DNA from: Myxococcota bacterium
GTDB taxonomy: Bacteria; Myxococcota_A; UBA796; SXON01
Assembly (NCBI GenBank): GCA_040386535.1
Contig: JAZKFH010000005.1
Location: 247,365-311,364, forward strand
Direction: 5' to 3'
DNA length: 64,000 bases
This document shows, piece by piece, positions 9,095 to 19,056 of this stretch. Position 1 is the first letter of the stretch. Every line of letters begins with the position of its first letter. The notes below the pieces were generated by a model that did no database searches, was not told the DNA's origin, and was given only the letters and a program-made list of their open reading frames with translations. The position numbers and the translations under genes are program-made.

Positions 9095-10131
9095 GTAGTT
9101 CGGGCCAGGTAGCGACGCCCCGGTAACCGGATCGCCCGGCCCGTCAATTCCAGCAGCCCCAGGTGGGCCATCACCTCCGCGTACGGAAGGCCCGTGCGCG
9201 CGGCCAGATCCTCCGGCGTGGCGGCCGTGGCGATGAAGCGGAGGATCCCCGCCTCCCCCACCGGCACCTCTGTCTCCGGCCCCGCCTTCGGCACGAGCCC
9301 GGCGACCTCGATGACGGTGTGGGCCCCGCGGATCACGGTCGCGCCTTGCTCGATGAGGTCCAGGCAGCCGAACGACGCGGACGCCCCGAGCGGGCCGGGC
9401 AGCGCCAGCACCTCCCGGCCGTACCGGAGCGCGTGCGACGCCGTGTTCCGGGCGCCGCTGCGCTCCCCGGCCTCGATGACCGCGACGGCGGACGCGAGGC
9501 CGGCGATGATGCGGTTGCGGATGGGGAAGGTGAACGGGGTCGCGCGCCCGTCGGGGGGCAGCTCCGACACGACGCAGCCCCCCTTGGCGAGGAGCGTGTC
9601 CCGGACGCGGCGCTGCCAGGCGGGCATCGGCGCGTCGATCCCCTGGCCCAACACGGCGATGGTCGCGCCGCCTGCCGCGTTGTGCGCCGCCATGTCGATA
9701 CCGGCGGCCAGCCCGGACACCACCACCGCGCCCGCGGAGACCACGGCCGTGGCGATCCGCGCCGCCCATTCGCGACCGTACGGCGTGCACGCGCGCGCGC
9801 CCACCACCGCCACCGTGGGCTCCGCCAACAACGCGATGTTCCCCTCCACCGAGAGGGCCACGGGCCCGAAGGGAAGGTCGGTCAGCGCGGCGGGCCACTC
9901 TGGTTGGCCGACATGGATGAACCGTACCCCCGGCCGGCGGACGTGCCAGGTCGCGACGCCAGCGGCGCGGAGCACATCCGGCACGGACATGCCGGCCTCG
10001 CGGAGGCGGCCGATGTCGGCTCCACCCGCGCCACCCGGCGCGACCCGCGCCAACGCGTGAAGGATTGGCCACAGGTCCCGCCGCGGCGATGCCACGGCCA
10101 GCCCCGGCCAGGGGGATTCCAATGATGTCAT
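9091..10131 (-). CDS. dprA: DNA-processing protein DprA
   Basis: 'VAVVGAR..TPYG', 'VVSGLAAGID', 'FPIRNRIIAGL', 'IEAGERSG', C-terminal wHTH. Confidence 0.95.
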   Translation of the reverse strand: MTSLESPWPGLAVASPRRDLWPILHALARVAPGGAGGADIGRLREAGMSVPDVLRAAGVATWHVRRPGVRFIHVGQPEWPAALTDLPFGPVALSVEGNIALLAEPTVAVVGARACTPYGREWAARIATAVVSAGAVVVSGLAAGIDMAAHNAAGGATIAVLGQGIDAPMPAWQRRVRDTLLAKGGCVVSELPPDGRATPFTFPIRNRIIAGLASAVAVIEAGERSGARNTASHALRYGREVLALPGPLGASASFGCLDLIEQGATVIRGAHTVIEVAGLVPKAGPETEVPVGEAGILRFIATAATPEDLAARTGLPYAEVMAHLGLLELTGRAIRLPGRRYLARTT

Positions 10132-10266
10132 GACCTCGAACTCCCAAACGGGAGGTGCGGCCGGGGTCGCGCCCACAAGTAGGCACGGCGCCGGGCCACG
10201 GCAACTCCGAGATCGCTGTCTTCGAGCGCCGCTCTGCAGACCCCCGCTGCGAGCCTCTACGAAGGC

Positions 10267-11316
10267 CTATTCGGCGTTGGGCGTGGTGACCGCGCGCAGC
10301 CCCACCTGCACGTCACGCGCGGCGTCGACCACGACGCCGGTGGCGACGGAGGGCTCGGCGCGCACGACGACCACGCGGCCGACCACACGTTCGGGGAGCC
10401 GCGGGTCTTCCTTGTCGTCGGAGTGCTGGCCGTCCCGGCGCTCCACGAGGAACAGGGAGGTGCCGACATCCACGCCGTCGTTGGTGCCACGATCCAGGAA
10501 CACCGTCTCGCCGGTCGAGGCGAGGCGCTGCTCCGTGGTGAGGCGCGCGATGATGGTGGCCTCCGCGTCCCCCTCGGGAGCCGTGATGTCGACCTCGAGC
10601 TCGACCGGGATGGGCGAGCCGACGAGGTCGCCGCGCTCGATCTCGGAGTAGCTGTCACGCACCACGGCGGTGACGATGTCGTCATCCACGCGCAGCACCT
10701 GGGTGACGCCCAACACGCGGTACACGTGCCCGAGGGGGCCGTCCTCGCCGCGCACCTTGCGGCCCTGGCGCCGGTAGATGGCCAGGAGGCTGCCGCACTC
10801 CACGTCGCCGGTGTCACTGAGGTCGAGGTAGACGATCGAGCCCTCGCCGATCTCGATGCCGGGGATGTCGGAGCCGTACACGTCCCCGCGGATCTCGAGC
10901 AGATCGTCGTCTCCCAGCACGCCGGGCGCCGAGAGGGTCACGCCCGCGTAGGGGCGGTCGTACAGGGGCGGAAAATCACACGCCGCGGCGGCGGACTCCT
11001 CGACACGGGCGGGCGGCGTGTAGCCGTCGGCCAGGGTGCCGTTGTCGTTCACGCCGGCCGAGGGCGGGTTGAGCGCGTCTCCCAGGCGGAAGTACACGCG
11101 GTTGCCCGGGTAGATCCAGTGCGGGTTGGTGATGTACTCGTTCACCGACCAGAGCTCGGGCCACACGTACGGGTCCCCGAGGAACCGGGTGGAGATGTCC
11201 CAGAGGGTGTCGCCATCCTGGATCAGGTAGAAGTCGGGCGTCCCCTCGCCCATGGCGACCATGCCCTCCTGGGCCGCCGCCGTCGCCATCACAAGGCTGA
11301 ACCACCCGACCAGCAT
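10267..11316 (-). CDS. LysM peptidoglycan-binding protein (TsaP-like)
   Basis: LysM 'YLIQDGDTLWDISTRFLGDPYVWPELWSVNEYITNPHWIYPG'; conserved position upstream of dprA. Confidence 0.88.
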   Translation of the reverse strand: MLVGWFSLVMATAAAQEGMVAMGEGTPDFYLIQDGDTLWDISTRFLGDPYVWPELWSVNEYITNPHWIYPGNRVYFRLGDALNPPSAGVNDNGTLADGYTPPARVEESAAAACDFPPLYDRPYAGVTLSAPGVLGDDDLLEIRGDVYGSDIPGIEIGEGSIVYLDLSDTGDVECGSLLAIYRRQGRKVRGEDGPLGHVYRVLGVTQVLRVDDDIVTAVVRDSYSEIERGDLVGSPIPVELEVDITAPEGDAEATIIARLTTEQRLASTGETVFLDRGTNDGVDVGTSLFLVERRDGQHSDDKEDPRLPERVVGRVVVVRAEPSVATGVVVDAARDVQVGLRAVTTPNAE

Positions 11317-11336
11317 CCGCGCTCCACAGCGCCACG

Positions 11337-11365
11337 AGGATCCGCCGCGCGGGCTCCCCTGTCAA
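11337..11365 (-). promoter_or_regulatory. Candidate sigma70 promoter for lysM-dprA
   Basis: Minus strand TTGACA-N17-GATCCT just upstream of the LysM start. Confidence 0.4.
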
Positions 11366-11398
11366 GCCCCCGGTGGGGTCCCCCCGGAGCAACGCCGA

Positions 11399-12094
11399 TC
11401 AAGGCGCCCGCGTCACCGTGGCCTTGGCGGCGCCGGCCTTGCTCGACACGGCGGGCAACGCGGCTGTCGCTGTCTCCTTGCTGGAGTACCCACCGATGCG
11501 AACCCGCGAGACCGTCGCGCCGTCCACCAGGGCCACCACCTTGTAGGCGGCGAGCCCCGCGGCCTGAAGCGTCTCCACCTGGCGAATAGCGTCCGGCTCG
11601 GCGAGGTGTTCGCCGACCTGGATGGCCCAGCCGCCCGCCGGGATGTCCCCCAAGGACGGCGCTGTCACCGCGGCACCTCCAGCCAGCGACGCGGAACCCG
11701 GGCGCGCTTCCGCGGGGAACGGGTTCACCGGCGGCGGCGCGACCGCGGGCGGCGCCGCGACCTCCCCTTCCGCGAGCGGGGGCGGGGCGACCGGCACCGG
11801 CTCGGCGCGCGGCAGCTCGGCCGGAAAGCCCAGCGGCGTCTCCCCGACCGTGGCCTGCTCCACCCGCCCCAGGAGCACCTCGAGATCACCATCCGCTACC
11901 TCTTCCCGCACGAAGCGCGCGACCGCGGGCGCGGGCGGCGCCACGACCTGGCCGCGACCCGTCTGGAAGCCCACGAAGAACGACAGCACCGCGAGCGCGA
12001 GCGACAACGCCCCGAGCGCGTAGAGGTGGTTGCGCGTCAGGGGCAGCTGGTTGGGGCCCGCCGGGTTGGGCCCCGCGGGGCGGGTATGTTCCAT
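11399..12094 (-). CDS. SPOR domain membrane-anchored protein
   Basis: Single TM helix, Pro-rich linker, 'WAIQVG...RVRIGGYSSKETA' SPOR domain. Confidence 0.85.
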   Translation of the reverse strand: MEHTRPAGPNPAGPNQLPLTRNHLYALGALSLALAVLSFFVGFQTGRGQVVAPPAPAVARFVREEVADGDLEVLLGRVEQATVGETPLGFPAELPRAEPVPVAPPPLAEGEVAAPPAVAPPPVNPFPAEARPGSASLAGGAAVTAPSLGDIPAGGWAIQVGEHLAEPDAIRQVETLQAAGLAAYKVVALVDGATVSRVRIGGYSSKETATAALPAVSSKAGAAKATVTRAP

Positions 12095-12133
12095 GGCCCC
12101 GATGCTATCCCGAACGGGCCCGCTCTGGACGGG

Positions 12134-12481
12134 TCAAGAGCCTGCGCCGGGATCGACGTGCCCGTTCATCGTGAGGATCCGGACATTCACGTCGGTGACG
12201 TGCGCCTCGAGCGTGGCCTCGGCGTCCGCCCGGATGGTGTCCAACCGGGAGCGCAGCTGGCGCGCGTCGTTCCCGACCACCGTGATCGCGACCACGGCGG
12301 CCTCGTGCGCCTCGAGGTGCCCCACCTCGGCGAACGCCGCGTGATGCCGCACCTGGACGCGGTCACGCAGCGAGGAGACCACCCGACGCCGATCCTTGAG
12401 GGACCGGCTGCCGGGGATGCGCAGCACCATGCGGAGGAGGCCCACGAACAGGGCCTCGTCTGGCGCGGGCAGGTACAACAC
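12134..12481 (-). CDS. DUF503 (YlxP-like) protein
   Basis: 'LRIPGSRSLKDRRRVVSSLRDRV...AEVG'; directly after infB. Confidence 0.85.
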   Translation of the reverse strand: MLYLPAPDEALFVGLLRMVLRIPGSRSLKDRRRVVSSLRDRVQVRHHAAFAEVGHLEAHEAAVVAITVVGNDARQLRSRLDTIRADAEATLEAHVTDVNVRILTMNGHVDPGAGS

Positions 12482-15364
12482 CTACTCGGGGCGAGCGACC
12501 TGGACCCGGTGGTACAGGACGATCTTGTCGCCTTCCTGGATGTCGTTGGCGCCGTCGATGCCGATACCGCACTCGAAGCCCTTCTCGACCTCGCGCACGT
12601 CTTCCTTGAAGCGCTTGAGGCTCGTGACCTTGCCCTCGGCGATCTGCTTGCCGGCGCGGAAGACCTTGGCCGCGGCGGCGCGGTTGACCTTGCCGTCCAT
12701 GACCATGCAGCCCGCGATGAACCCGAGCTTGGGGATCTTGAAGAGCGCGCGGACTTCGGCTTCGCCGACCTTCTGCTCTTCGTAGATCGGGGCCAGCAGG
12801 CCCTGCATACGCGCCTTGACCTCGTCCAGGACGTTGTAGATGATCTCGAACTTCTTGATCTCTACGCCGTACTGGTCGGCTGCCTGGCGGGCCTTCGCGT
12901 CGGACTTCACGTCGAACGCGATGATCAGGGCCTGATCGGGCGCGGCGAGGTTCACGTCCGACTCGTTGACCGGGCCGATCGCCGAGTGGAGGATCTTAAG
13001 CGTCGTGCCCGCGACGACCAGCCCTTCGAGGGCACCGCGAAGCGCCTCGAGGGAGCCGCTCACGTCGGCCTTGAGGACGATCTTCATGACCTCCGGGGCC
13101 TCGCCGCCGTTCTTGTAGAGGTCCTCGAGGGTCATCTTGGCGCGCTGGTTGTGCGCACCGGCGCTCTTGATCGCGGACCGGTGGTCCACGAGGGCGCGCG
13201 CGTCCTTCTCGGACTCGACGACCGCGAACTCGTCGCCCGCGTTCGGCACGTCCTGCAGGCCAAAGATCTCGACCGGCGTGGAGGGACCCGCTTCCTTGAG
13301 CTTCTGACCGCGATCGTCCGACATGGCGCGCACGCGGCCCCAGGTCGAGCCGATGACGATGGTGTCGCCCTGCTTGAGGGTACCGGTCTGGACGAGCAAC
13401 GAGGCCACGGCACCGCGGCCGACCTCGAGACGGGACTCGATGACCACACCTTCGGCGTGACGATCCGGGTTGGCGCGGAGGTCCGCGACTTCGGCGACGA
13501 CGAGGATGTTGTCGAGCAGGTCGTTGACGCCCGTGCCCTTGAGGGCCGACACCGGCACGAAGATGACATCGCCACCGTACTCTTCGGAGACGAGCCCGTG
13601 CTCCATGAGCTGACGGGTGACGCGCTCGGGCTGGACGCCCGGCTTGTCCATCTTGTTGACCGCGACCAGGATCGGAACACCCGCCGCCTTGGCGTGGTTG
13701 ATGGCCTCGATGGTCTGGGGCATCACGCCGTCGTCGGCGGCGACGACGAGGATGATGATGTCCGTCGCCTTGGCGCCGCGGGCACGCATCGCGCTGAACG
13801 CGGCGTGGCCCGGGGTGTCGATGAAGGTGATCGGGCTGTCGCCACGCTTCACCGTGTACGCGCCGATGTGCTGGGTGATGCCACCGGCCTCGCCTGCGGC
13901 CACCTTCGCCTTGCGGATGGTGTCGAGCAGGGTGGTCTTGCCGTGGTCGACGTGGCCCATGATGGTCACGACCGGCGCGCGGGTGGGGAGGTCGGAGCCC
14001 TCCTCTTCCACGTCGTACAGATGCTCCGCCTCGTCGAACGCGACGTTGACGACCTCGTGGCCGAGCTCCGACGCGAGCAGCGAGGCGGTGTCGAAGTCGA
14101 TCGTCTGGTTGACGGTGGCGGGCTGGCCCATCGACATGAGCAGCTTGATGAGCTCCGCGGCCTTCACGCCCATCTCGTGGGCGAGGTTCGCGACGGTGAT
14201 CTCGCCCTCGATCCGGACGCGATGCTTGACGGTCTGCACCGGGCGGACCGCGCGCATGTCTTTGCCGCCGCGGCCCTTCGGCTTGCGGGAGCGGGAGTCG
14301 GGAGCGGGCACATGCTCGCTGCGGCGGGCGTTCGGGCCCTTCTTCGGACGGCGATCGTCCGAGGCGGGCGCGGGAGCGCCGGCATCGACGCGACCGGGAC
14401 CAGGGGCGCCCGGACGGCGATCGGCGCCAGGGCCCCAGCGCGTGGTCTGCGAAGCCTGCTCACGAGCGCGGCGACGCGCGCCGGTCGGATCGGTCGGGTC
14501 GTAGCCCGCGGGCAACGAGACGACCGCGCGGCCGAGCCCGGGGAGGATCGGCGTGTCGTTCAGGCGAGCCGGTGCCGCGCGGGCACCCGCCGGCGCCATG
14601 GACGGCAACCGGCCGTAGCCACCCGGCCGGTCGATGATGACGGCGCGCTCGAGCGTGGGCTCGGCACGGGGAGGCGGCGGGGGCGGCGCGGCTTCGACCG
14701 GGGCCTCGACGGCGGCCACGTGTTCCGCCGGAGCGGACACGGACTCGGCGGCGGGCTCGCGGTGAGCGGGCTGTTCGGCCGGTGCGTCGGCATGAGCGAC
14801 GGCCTGGACCGGCGCGTGCTCCACCGCGGGGGCCGACACCGGCGCCGCGGATTCCACCGCCGGAGACTCCGGTGCGGCGGACACGGGCGCGGACGCTGCC
14901 TCGGGCGGGGCCGCCTCGACCGGAGCGGCCGCGATCGGCGCCGCGGCGACAGGGGCCGCAAGCGGGGCGCGGTTCGGCAGGGGCACCGGGGTGCCGCGGG
15001 GCGGCAGGCCGCTCGGGGCGGACGGACGCGCCACCGAAGCCTGCTGCGCCGGAGCGGGCGCAGTCACCTGCGGACGCGGCGAGATCTGCTGAGGATGCTG
15101 CTGCTGTTGCACAGGGGCCTGCGCACGAGCGGGAGGCTCGACATGAGCCGGCCCGGGACGACGAATGACCGTGCGCGCGGGCGGAGGCGGCGGCTCGGGG
15201 GTGGTCGGCGCACGTCGGCGCACGACACCATCCCCCACGCGCTTCGTCTCGTTCGCCTTCGGGTCCGTGGCCTTCTGCGGCTGCTGCTCCGGGGCACGCG
15301 GCTGCGCCGGCTTCGCGCCGGGGCCCGTTCTCTCGAGGCGATCCATCAGATCTTTCGTCGACAT
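12482..15364 (-). CDS. infB: Translation initiation factor IF-2
   Basis: '[12 protein letters not shown]', '[10 protein letters not shown]', 'DTPGHAAF', NKMD, '[12 protein letters not shown]'; long Pro/Ala-rich N-terminus. Confidence 0.98.
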   Translation of the reverse strand: MSTKDLMDRLERTGPGAKPAQPRAPEQQPQKATDPKANETKRVGDGVVRRRAPTTPEPPPPPARTVIRRPGPAHVEPPARAQAPVQQQQHPQQISPRPQVTAPAPAQQASVARPSAPSGLPPRGTPVPLPNRAPLAAPVAAAPIAAAPVEAAPPEAASAPVSAAPESPAVESAAPVSAPAVEHAPVQAVAHADAPAEQPAHREPAAESVSAPAEHVAAVEAPVEAAPPPPPPRAEPTLERAVIIDRPGGYGRLPSMAPAGARAAPARLNDTPILPGLGRAVVSLPAGYDPTDPTGARRRAREQASQTTRWGPGADRRPGAPGPGRVDAGAPAPASDDRRPKKGPNARRSEHVPAPDSRSRKPKGRGGKDMRAVRPVQTVKHRVRIEGEITVANLAHEMGVKAAELIKLLMSMGQPATVNQTIDFDTASLLASELGHEVVNVAFDEAEHLYDVEEEGSDLPTRAPVVTIMGHVDHGKTTLLDTIRKAKVAAGEAGGITQHIGAYTVKRGDSPITFIDTPGHAAFSAMRARGAKATDIIILVVAADDGVMPQTIEAINHAKAAGVPILVAVNKMDKPGVQPERVTRQLMEHGLVSEEYGGDVIFVPVSALKGTGVNDLLDNILVVAEVADLRANPDRHAEGVVIESRLEVGRGAVASLLVQTGTLKQGDTIVIGSTWGRVRAMSDDRGQKLKEAGPSTPVEIFGLQDVPNAGDEFAVVESEKDARALVDHRSAIKSAGAHNQRAKMTLEDLYKNGGEAPEVMKIVLKADVSGSLEALRGALEGLVVAGTTLKILHSAIGPVNESDVNLAAPDQALIIAFDVKSDAKARQAADQYGVEIKKFEIIYNVLDEVKARMQGLLAPIYEEQKVGEAEVRALFKIPKLGFIAGCMVMDGKVNRAAAAKVFRAGKQIAEGKVTSLKRFKEDVREVEKGFECGIGIDGANDIQEGDKIVLYHRVQVARPE

Positions 15365-15526
15365 TCAGTACCTTGTAGGAACGGGCTCGCAACCCGCAGA
15401 GGATACGCACGCATCCCGTTTTGACCGGAGAATCCTGGTCGGAGAGAAGCTCCGACCGCCGCTGCGGGGCGCGCGCGCCGCCTCGCTCGAAGGGTTCCGA
15501 CCCGCAGCCGGCCCCCGCCGGGGCCA

Positions 15527-16126
15527 CTAACGCAAGTCCTGCATCCTCCGCAACTGTTCGGCGAGTGCCCGCGTGACCACGGCCACCCGCAAAGCCACGA
15601 TCGCGCGAGGACCCTTGCCGATCCGATGCCCGAGGGCTTCTCGATCCCAGGGGAGTGTCCAGACCGTCAGGTCCCGATCTCCACGCGCCGCATCGATGCT
15701 GGTCTGCGCGGCATCGCTCGCCACGGCGAGGCCGAGGGCATCCCCGGCGCGGACGGCCGAGGTGGCCTGGTCGCCGCCGCTCGCGAGCGCACCCGAGCGC
15801 GCCGACAAGGAGAGCAGCTCTCCGACGGTGCGTTCGTTCGCCGCGCGGACGCGGTCGAGCAGGCCCGCCGTGTTGCAGGTCTCGACGTGAAGCATGCGCG
15901 CGAGGAGGCCCGGCTTCGCTTCCGCCGTGGCGATCACGTCCCGACGGGGCAGCAGCCAGGCGCCGCGCCCGCCGAGGCGGGCGCGATAATCGACCTCGAC
16001 CGTGCCGTCAGGCCCGAGGACCACCCGCACGAGCGCGTCCGGCGGACCCGACTCGCGGGTCACGACGCACGTGCGAACCGGTCCCTCCCCCGGGGGCGGG
16101 GGGGGACGTTTAGACTTCGTCCGCAC
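15527..16126 (-). CDS. YlxR/RnpM (DUF448) fused to an L7Ae-like domain
   Basis: 'PVRTCVVTR...LVRVV...GRGAWL' followed by 'LLSLSARSGALASG...ASDAA...LGHRIGK'; lies between nusA and infB. Confidence 0.85.
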   Translation of the reverse strand: MRTKSKRPPPPPGEGPVRTCVVTRESGPPDALVRVVLGPDGTVEVDYRARLGGRGAWLLPRRDVIATAEAKPGLLARMLHVETCNTAGLLDRVRAANERTVGELLSLSARSGALASGGDQATSAVRAGDALGLAVASDAAQTSIDAARGDRDLTVWTLPWDREALGHRIGKGPRAIVALRVAVVTRALAEQLRRMQDLR

Positions 16127-17411
16127 TCGGGGGCAGCTCCGCCGCGGCTTTGCGCCGATCGGCTTCCTCGAGGATCAGGGACTCGAGCGCGCGCTCGCCC
16201 GCCGCGATGACGGTGTCGGCTTCGGCGTCCTCGAGACCGAGGATGCCGGCGAGCTCGTAGGGCTCGGCGTCCGCCACCTCACGGCAGCTCCGGAAGCCGT
16301 GACGGATGAGCGTCTCGACCTGCTCGGGGGTGAGGGCGTCTACACGGGCGAGCTCTTCGCGGGCCTGGTCGTTCATCTCCGAGTGCTTGGAGTCACTGAA
16401 GATGTCGATCCGCCAGCCGGTCAGCTGGGCGGCGAGGCGCACGTTCTGCCCGCGGCGGCCGATGGCCTTGGAGAGCTGGTCGTCCGGGACGACGAGCTCC
16501 ATCGCGTGCGCATGCTCGTCGATGTAGACGCGCGACACGCTCGCCGGGGCGATGGCGTGCACGATGAAGCGCGCCGGATCGGGGTGGTAGGGGATGATGT
16601 CGATGGCTTCGCCACGGAGCTCACCCACGACCGCCTGGACGCGGCTGCCCTTCATGCCGACACACGCGCCGACGGGATCCACGTCCCCGTCGACCGAGCT
16701 GACCGCGATCTTCGCGCGGAAGCCGGGCTCGCGGGCGCACGCCTCGATGCGGACGATGCCTTCCGCCACCTCCGGGACCTCGAGCTCGAAGAGCTTCATG
16801 AGGAGCCCGGGATGCGTGCGGGAGAGCACGACCTGGGGGGTCTTCGTGGCGCGCGTGATGTCGACCACGTAGGCCTGGATGCGGTCACCCTGGCGGTACG
16901 TCTCGGTGGCCACCTGCTCGCGCTTGGGCAGCATCGCCTCGGCGCGGCCGAGGTCGACGATGATGTTGCCCTTCTCGAAGCGCCGGACGATGCCCGTGAT
17001 GATCTCGCCCTTCCGGTCCTTGAACTCGGAGAACGTCATCTCGCGCTCGGCGTCGCGGATCTTCTGGATGATCACCTGCTTCGCCGTCTGTGCGGCGATG
17101 CGGCCCAGACCCTCGATGTCGAGCTTGATGCCGAGGCTGTCGCCGATCTCGCACTCGGGGTCGAGCTTGCGCGCGCCCGCGAGATCGATCTCGATGTCGT
17201 CGTCCTCGACCTCCTCGGAGACCGTGCGGAATTCGAAGAGCTCGACTTCACCGAGCTCGTCGTTCCATTGGGCCTCGAAGTCCTTCTGCATGCCGTACTT
17301 CTTGCGGCCGGCCGCCACCATCGCCTGCTCGAGGACCTCGATGAGGGAGTCCCGGGGGATGTTCTTCTCGCGGGCGACCGCTTCGAGGTCGCGTGCAAGT
17401 TCGCTGATCAT
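16110..17411 (-). CDS. nusA: Transcription termination/antitermination factor NusA
   Basis: '[17 protein letters not shown]', S1 and KH domains, '[14 protein letters not shown]', '[12 protein letters not shown]'. Confidence 0.98.
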   Translation of the reverse strand: MISELARDLEAVAREKNIPRDSLIEVLEQAMVAAGRKKYGMQKDFEAQWNDELGEVELFEFRTVSEEVEDDDIEIDLAGARKLDPECEIGDSLGIKLDIEGLGRIAAQTAKQVIIQKIRDAEREMTFSEFKDRKGEIITGIVRRFEKGNIIVDLGRAEAMLPKREQVATETYRQGDRIQAYVVDITRATKTPQVVLSRTHPGLLMKLFELEVPEVAEGIVRIEACAREPGFRAKIAVSSVDGDVDPVGACVGMKGSRVQAVVGELRGEAIDIIPYHPDPARFIVHAIAPASVSRVYIDEHAHAMELVVPDDQLSKAIGRRGQNVRLAAQLTGWRIDIFSDSKHSEMNDQAREELARVDALTPEQVETLIRHGFRSCREVADAEPYELAGILGLEDAEADTVIAAGERALESLILEEADRRKAAAELPPSADEV

Positions 17412-17944
17412 GGCGTTTCTCCTTCGGCATTTGCAGAAGACACGGGATGCAGGCCCTGCCCGAGGCGGGCGAACTGTTCCAAATCGAGGACGAGGTTGGC
17501 GCGCTCGATGTCGGACAGCGGGATGATCCGCTCGCCCTCGTCATCGACGTGCACCCGCACCTGACCGTCCGCGGCGCCGAGCAGGCGCACCTTCAGACGG
17601 CGGCGACCATCCATCCCGTACAGCTTGATGCGCGCCTCGCACCCCGCGAAGTACGCAAAGTCCTTCTCGCGCTGGAGCGGGCGCTCCATGCCGGGGGTCG
17701 ACACCTCGAGGTCGTACGCGCTGGCGATGAGATCCTCGGCGTCGAGCGCGGGCGAGAGCCCCCGCGACACCTTCGCGCAGTCCGCGATCGAGGCGCCGCC
17801 GACCTTGTCGAGCGAGACCCGGAGCACGCGCTTTCCGTTCGGACCGCCGACGAGCTCGATCGCCACGAGATCGCAGCCCTGGCGCTCGGCCACGGGCTCG
17901 GCCAGCGCGCGAAGCGAGTCGATGAGCGAACGGATGTGGGTCAT
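17408..17944 (-). CDS. rimP: Ribosome maturation factor RimP
   Basis: 'LRVSLDK.GG.SIADCA.VSR', 'YDLEVSTPGMERPL'; first gene of the nusA operon. Confidence 0.95.
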   Translation of the reverse strand: MTHIRSLIDSLRALAEPVAERQGCDLVAIELVGGPNGKRVLRVSLDKVGGASIADCAKVSRGLSPALDAEDLIASAYDLEVSTPGMERPLQREKDFAYFAGCEARIKLYGMDGRRRLKVRLLGAADGQVRVHVDDEGERIIPLSDIERANLVLDLEQFARLGQGLHPVSSANAEGETP

Positions 17945-18015
17945 GGCGGTGCGGAGCCCAGAGGGAACGAAGCCCGGAGAGGGGTGCACGAACCTTCAGG
18001 GAGGGGTCGTGGCCC

Positions 18016-18043
18016 AAAAAAAAGAGCGCCCGGGGGGACGCTC
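18016..18043 (-). promoter_or_regulatory. rimP-leader terminator/attenuator hairpin
   Basis: Minus strand GAGCGTCC-CCCC-GGGCGCTC followed by T8, about 70 nt upstream of rimP. Confidence 0.7.
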
Positions 18044-18175
18044 CATGGAACGGAGGTTTGGGACGCTGTGGATAATCGTCCGGCGGCCCCGGCGCAAGCG
18101 GGCTGACCGTCCGTGACGCACCTGCGGCACGACGCGGGACGTCCGGAACGCTCCCCCCTCCCCGTCGGAAGGCGG

Positions 18176-19054
18176 CTACTTCGCCAGCAGAGCCTTGGCT
18201 TCTTTCGCTGCCTTGCTCTTCGGAAAACGCTGCACGACGTCGGACCAGAAGAGCCTGGCGTTCTCCTTGTCGCCCAGCGCGGCAAAACACTCGCCGACCC
18301 GGAGGACGGACCACGACGCCCACGTGCTCTGCGCGTACTTGTCGGACACGAGCTGGAACGCGGCGGCCGCGGTCTTGTAGTCGGCCTCGTTCTGCCACGA
18401 CTCGGCGATGCGGTAGTACGCCTCGGCCACCCGATCGCTCTTGGGGTTGTCCTGGATGAAACGTTTGGCGATGGCCCGCGCCACGCCGCCGTTCCCCTCC
18501 TCCAGGTTCTTCCCGATGAGCGAGAACAGCTCCTCGGGCGTGGCCGAGACGGGCACGTCGACCTCGGGCGTCACCGCCGGGCCGACGACGGCGGGGTCGG
18601 TCGGTGCCGCGGGGTCCGGCGTCGTGATCGCGCCGGTGGAAGGGTCCCGCGTGGGCGGCGCCGGCGCCTTGACGCCCAGGGACTTCTCGAGCTGGCCGAC
18701 ACGGCTCTCCACGTAGGACATGCGGTAGTCGGAGTCCTGCTGGAAGCCGACGCCCGCCTGCTCGTAGGTGCCGTAGTCGTGCTGGAGCACCTCGAAGTCC
18801 CCCCGGATGCGGGCGACCTCCTGACGGAGCTGCTCCATCGTCTCCATCTTGAGGATCTCCTCCTGCCCGCGCGCCCGCGTGACCTCCTCCATCTGGCCGA
18901 CACGCCGCGACATGTCTTCGGACACGACCTCGAGCTCCCGCACGCGCCGGCCGTGGTCGGCGAGCTCGCGGTGCATCTGGTCGGTCGCGGACTGGCCCGT
19001 GCGGTCGATGACGCAGGCGAGCAGCCCAGAGAGGAGGAAGGGGGCGAGGATCAC
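18176..19054 (-). CDS. cpoB: Tol-Pal associated CpoB/YbgF-like lipoprotein (coiled coil + TPR)
   Basis: Lipobox GLLAC, coiled coil, TPR 'FIQDNPKSDRVAEAYYRIAE...VVQRFPKSKAA'; downstream of the Pal-like gene. Confidence 0.8.
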   Translation of the reverse strand: MILAPFLLSGLLACVIDRTGQSATDQMHRELADHGRRVRELEVVSEDMSRRVGQMEEVTRARGQEEILKMETMEQLRQEVARIRGDFEVLQHDYGTYEQAGVGFQQDSDYRMSYVESRVGQLEKSLGVKAPAPPTRDPSTGAITTPDPAAPTDPAVVGPAVTPEVDVPVSATPEELFSLIGKNLEEGNGGVARAIAKRFIQDNPKSDRVAEAYYRIAESWQNEADYKTAAAAFQLVSDKYAQSTWASWSVLRVGECFAALGDKENARLFWSDVVQRFPKSKAAKEAKALLAK

Positions 19055-19056
19055 GG

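Noticed and set aside
10180..10200. Sigma54-like element upstream of dprA (TGGCCCGGCGCCGTGCC)
   Set aside because: GG-to-GC spacing is 11 rather than the strictly required 10.
11252..15424. 1390-aa plus-strand ORF, and similar long ORFs such as 22657-25935, 27680-30238 and 41245-43752
   Set aside because: Antisense shadows of real genes (infB, GT2, TPR, ftsI); expected with high-GC codon bias and no recognisable domains.
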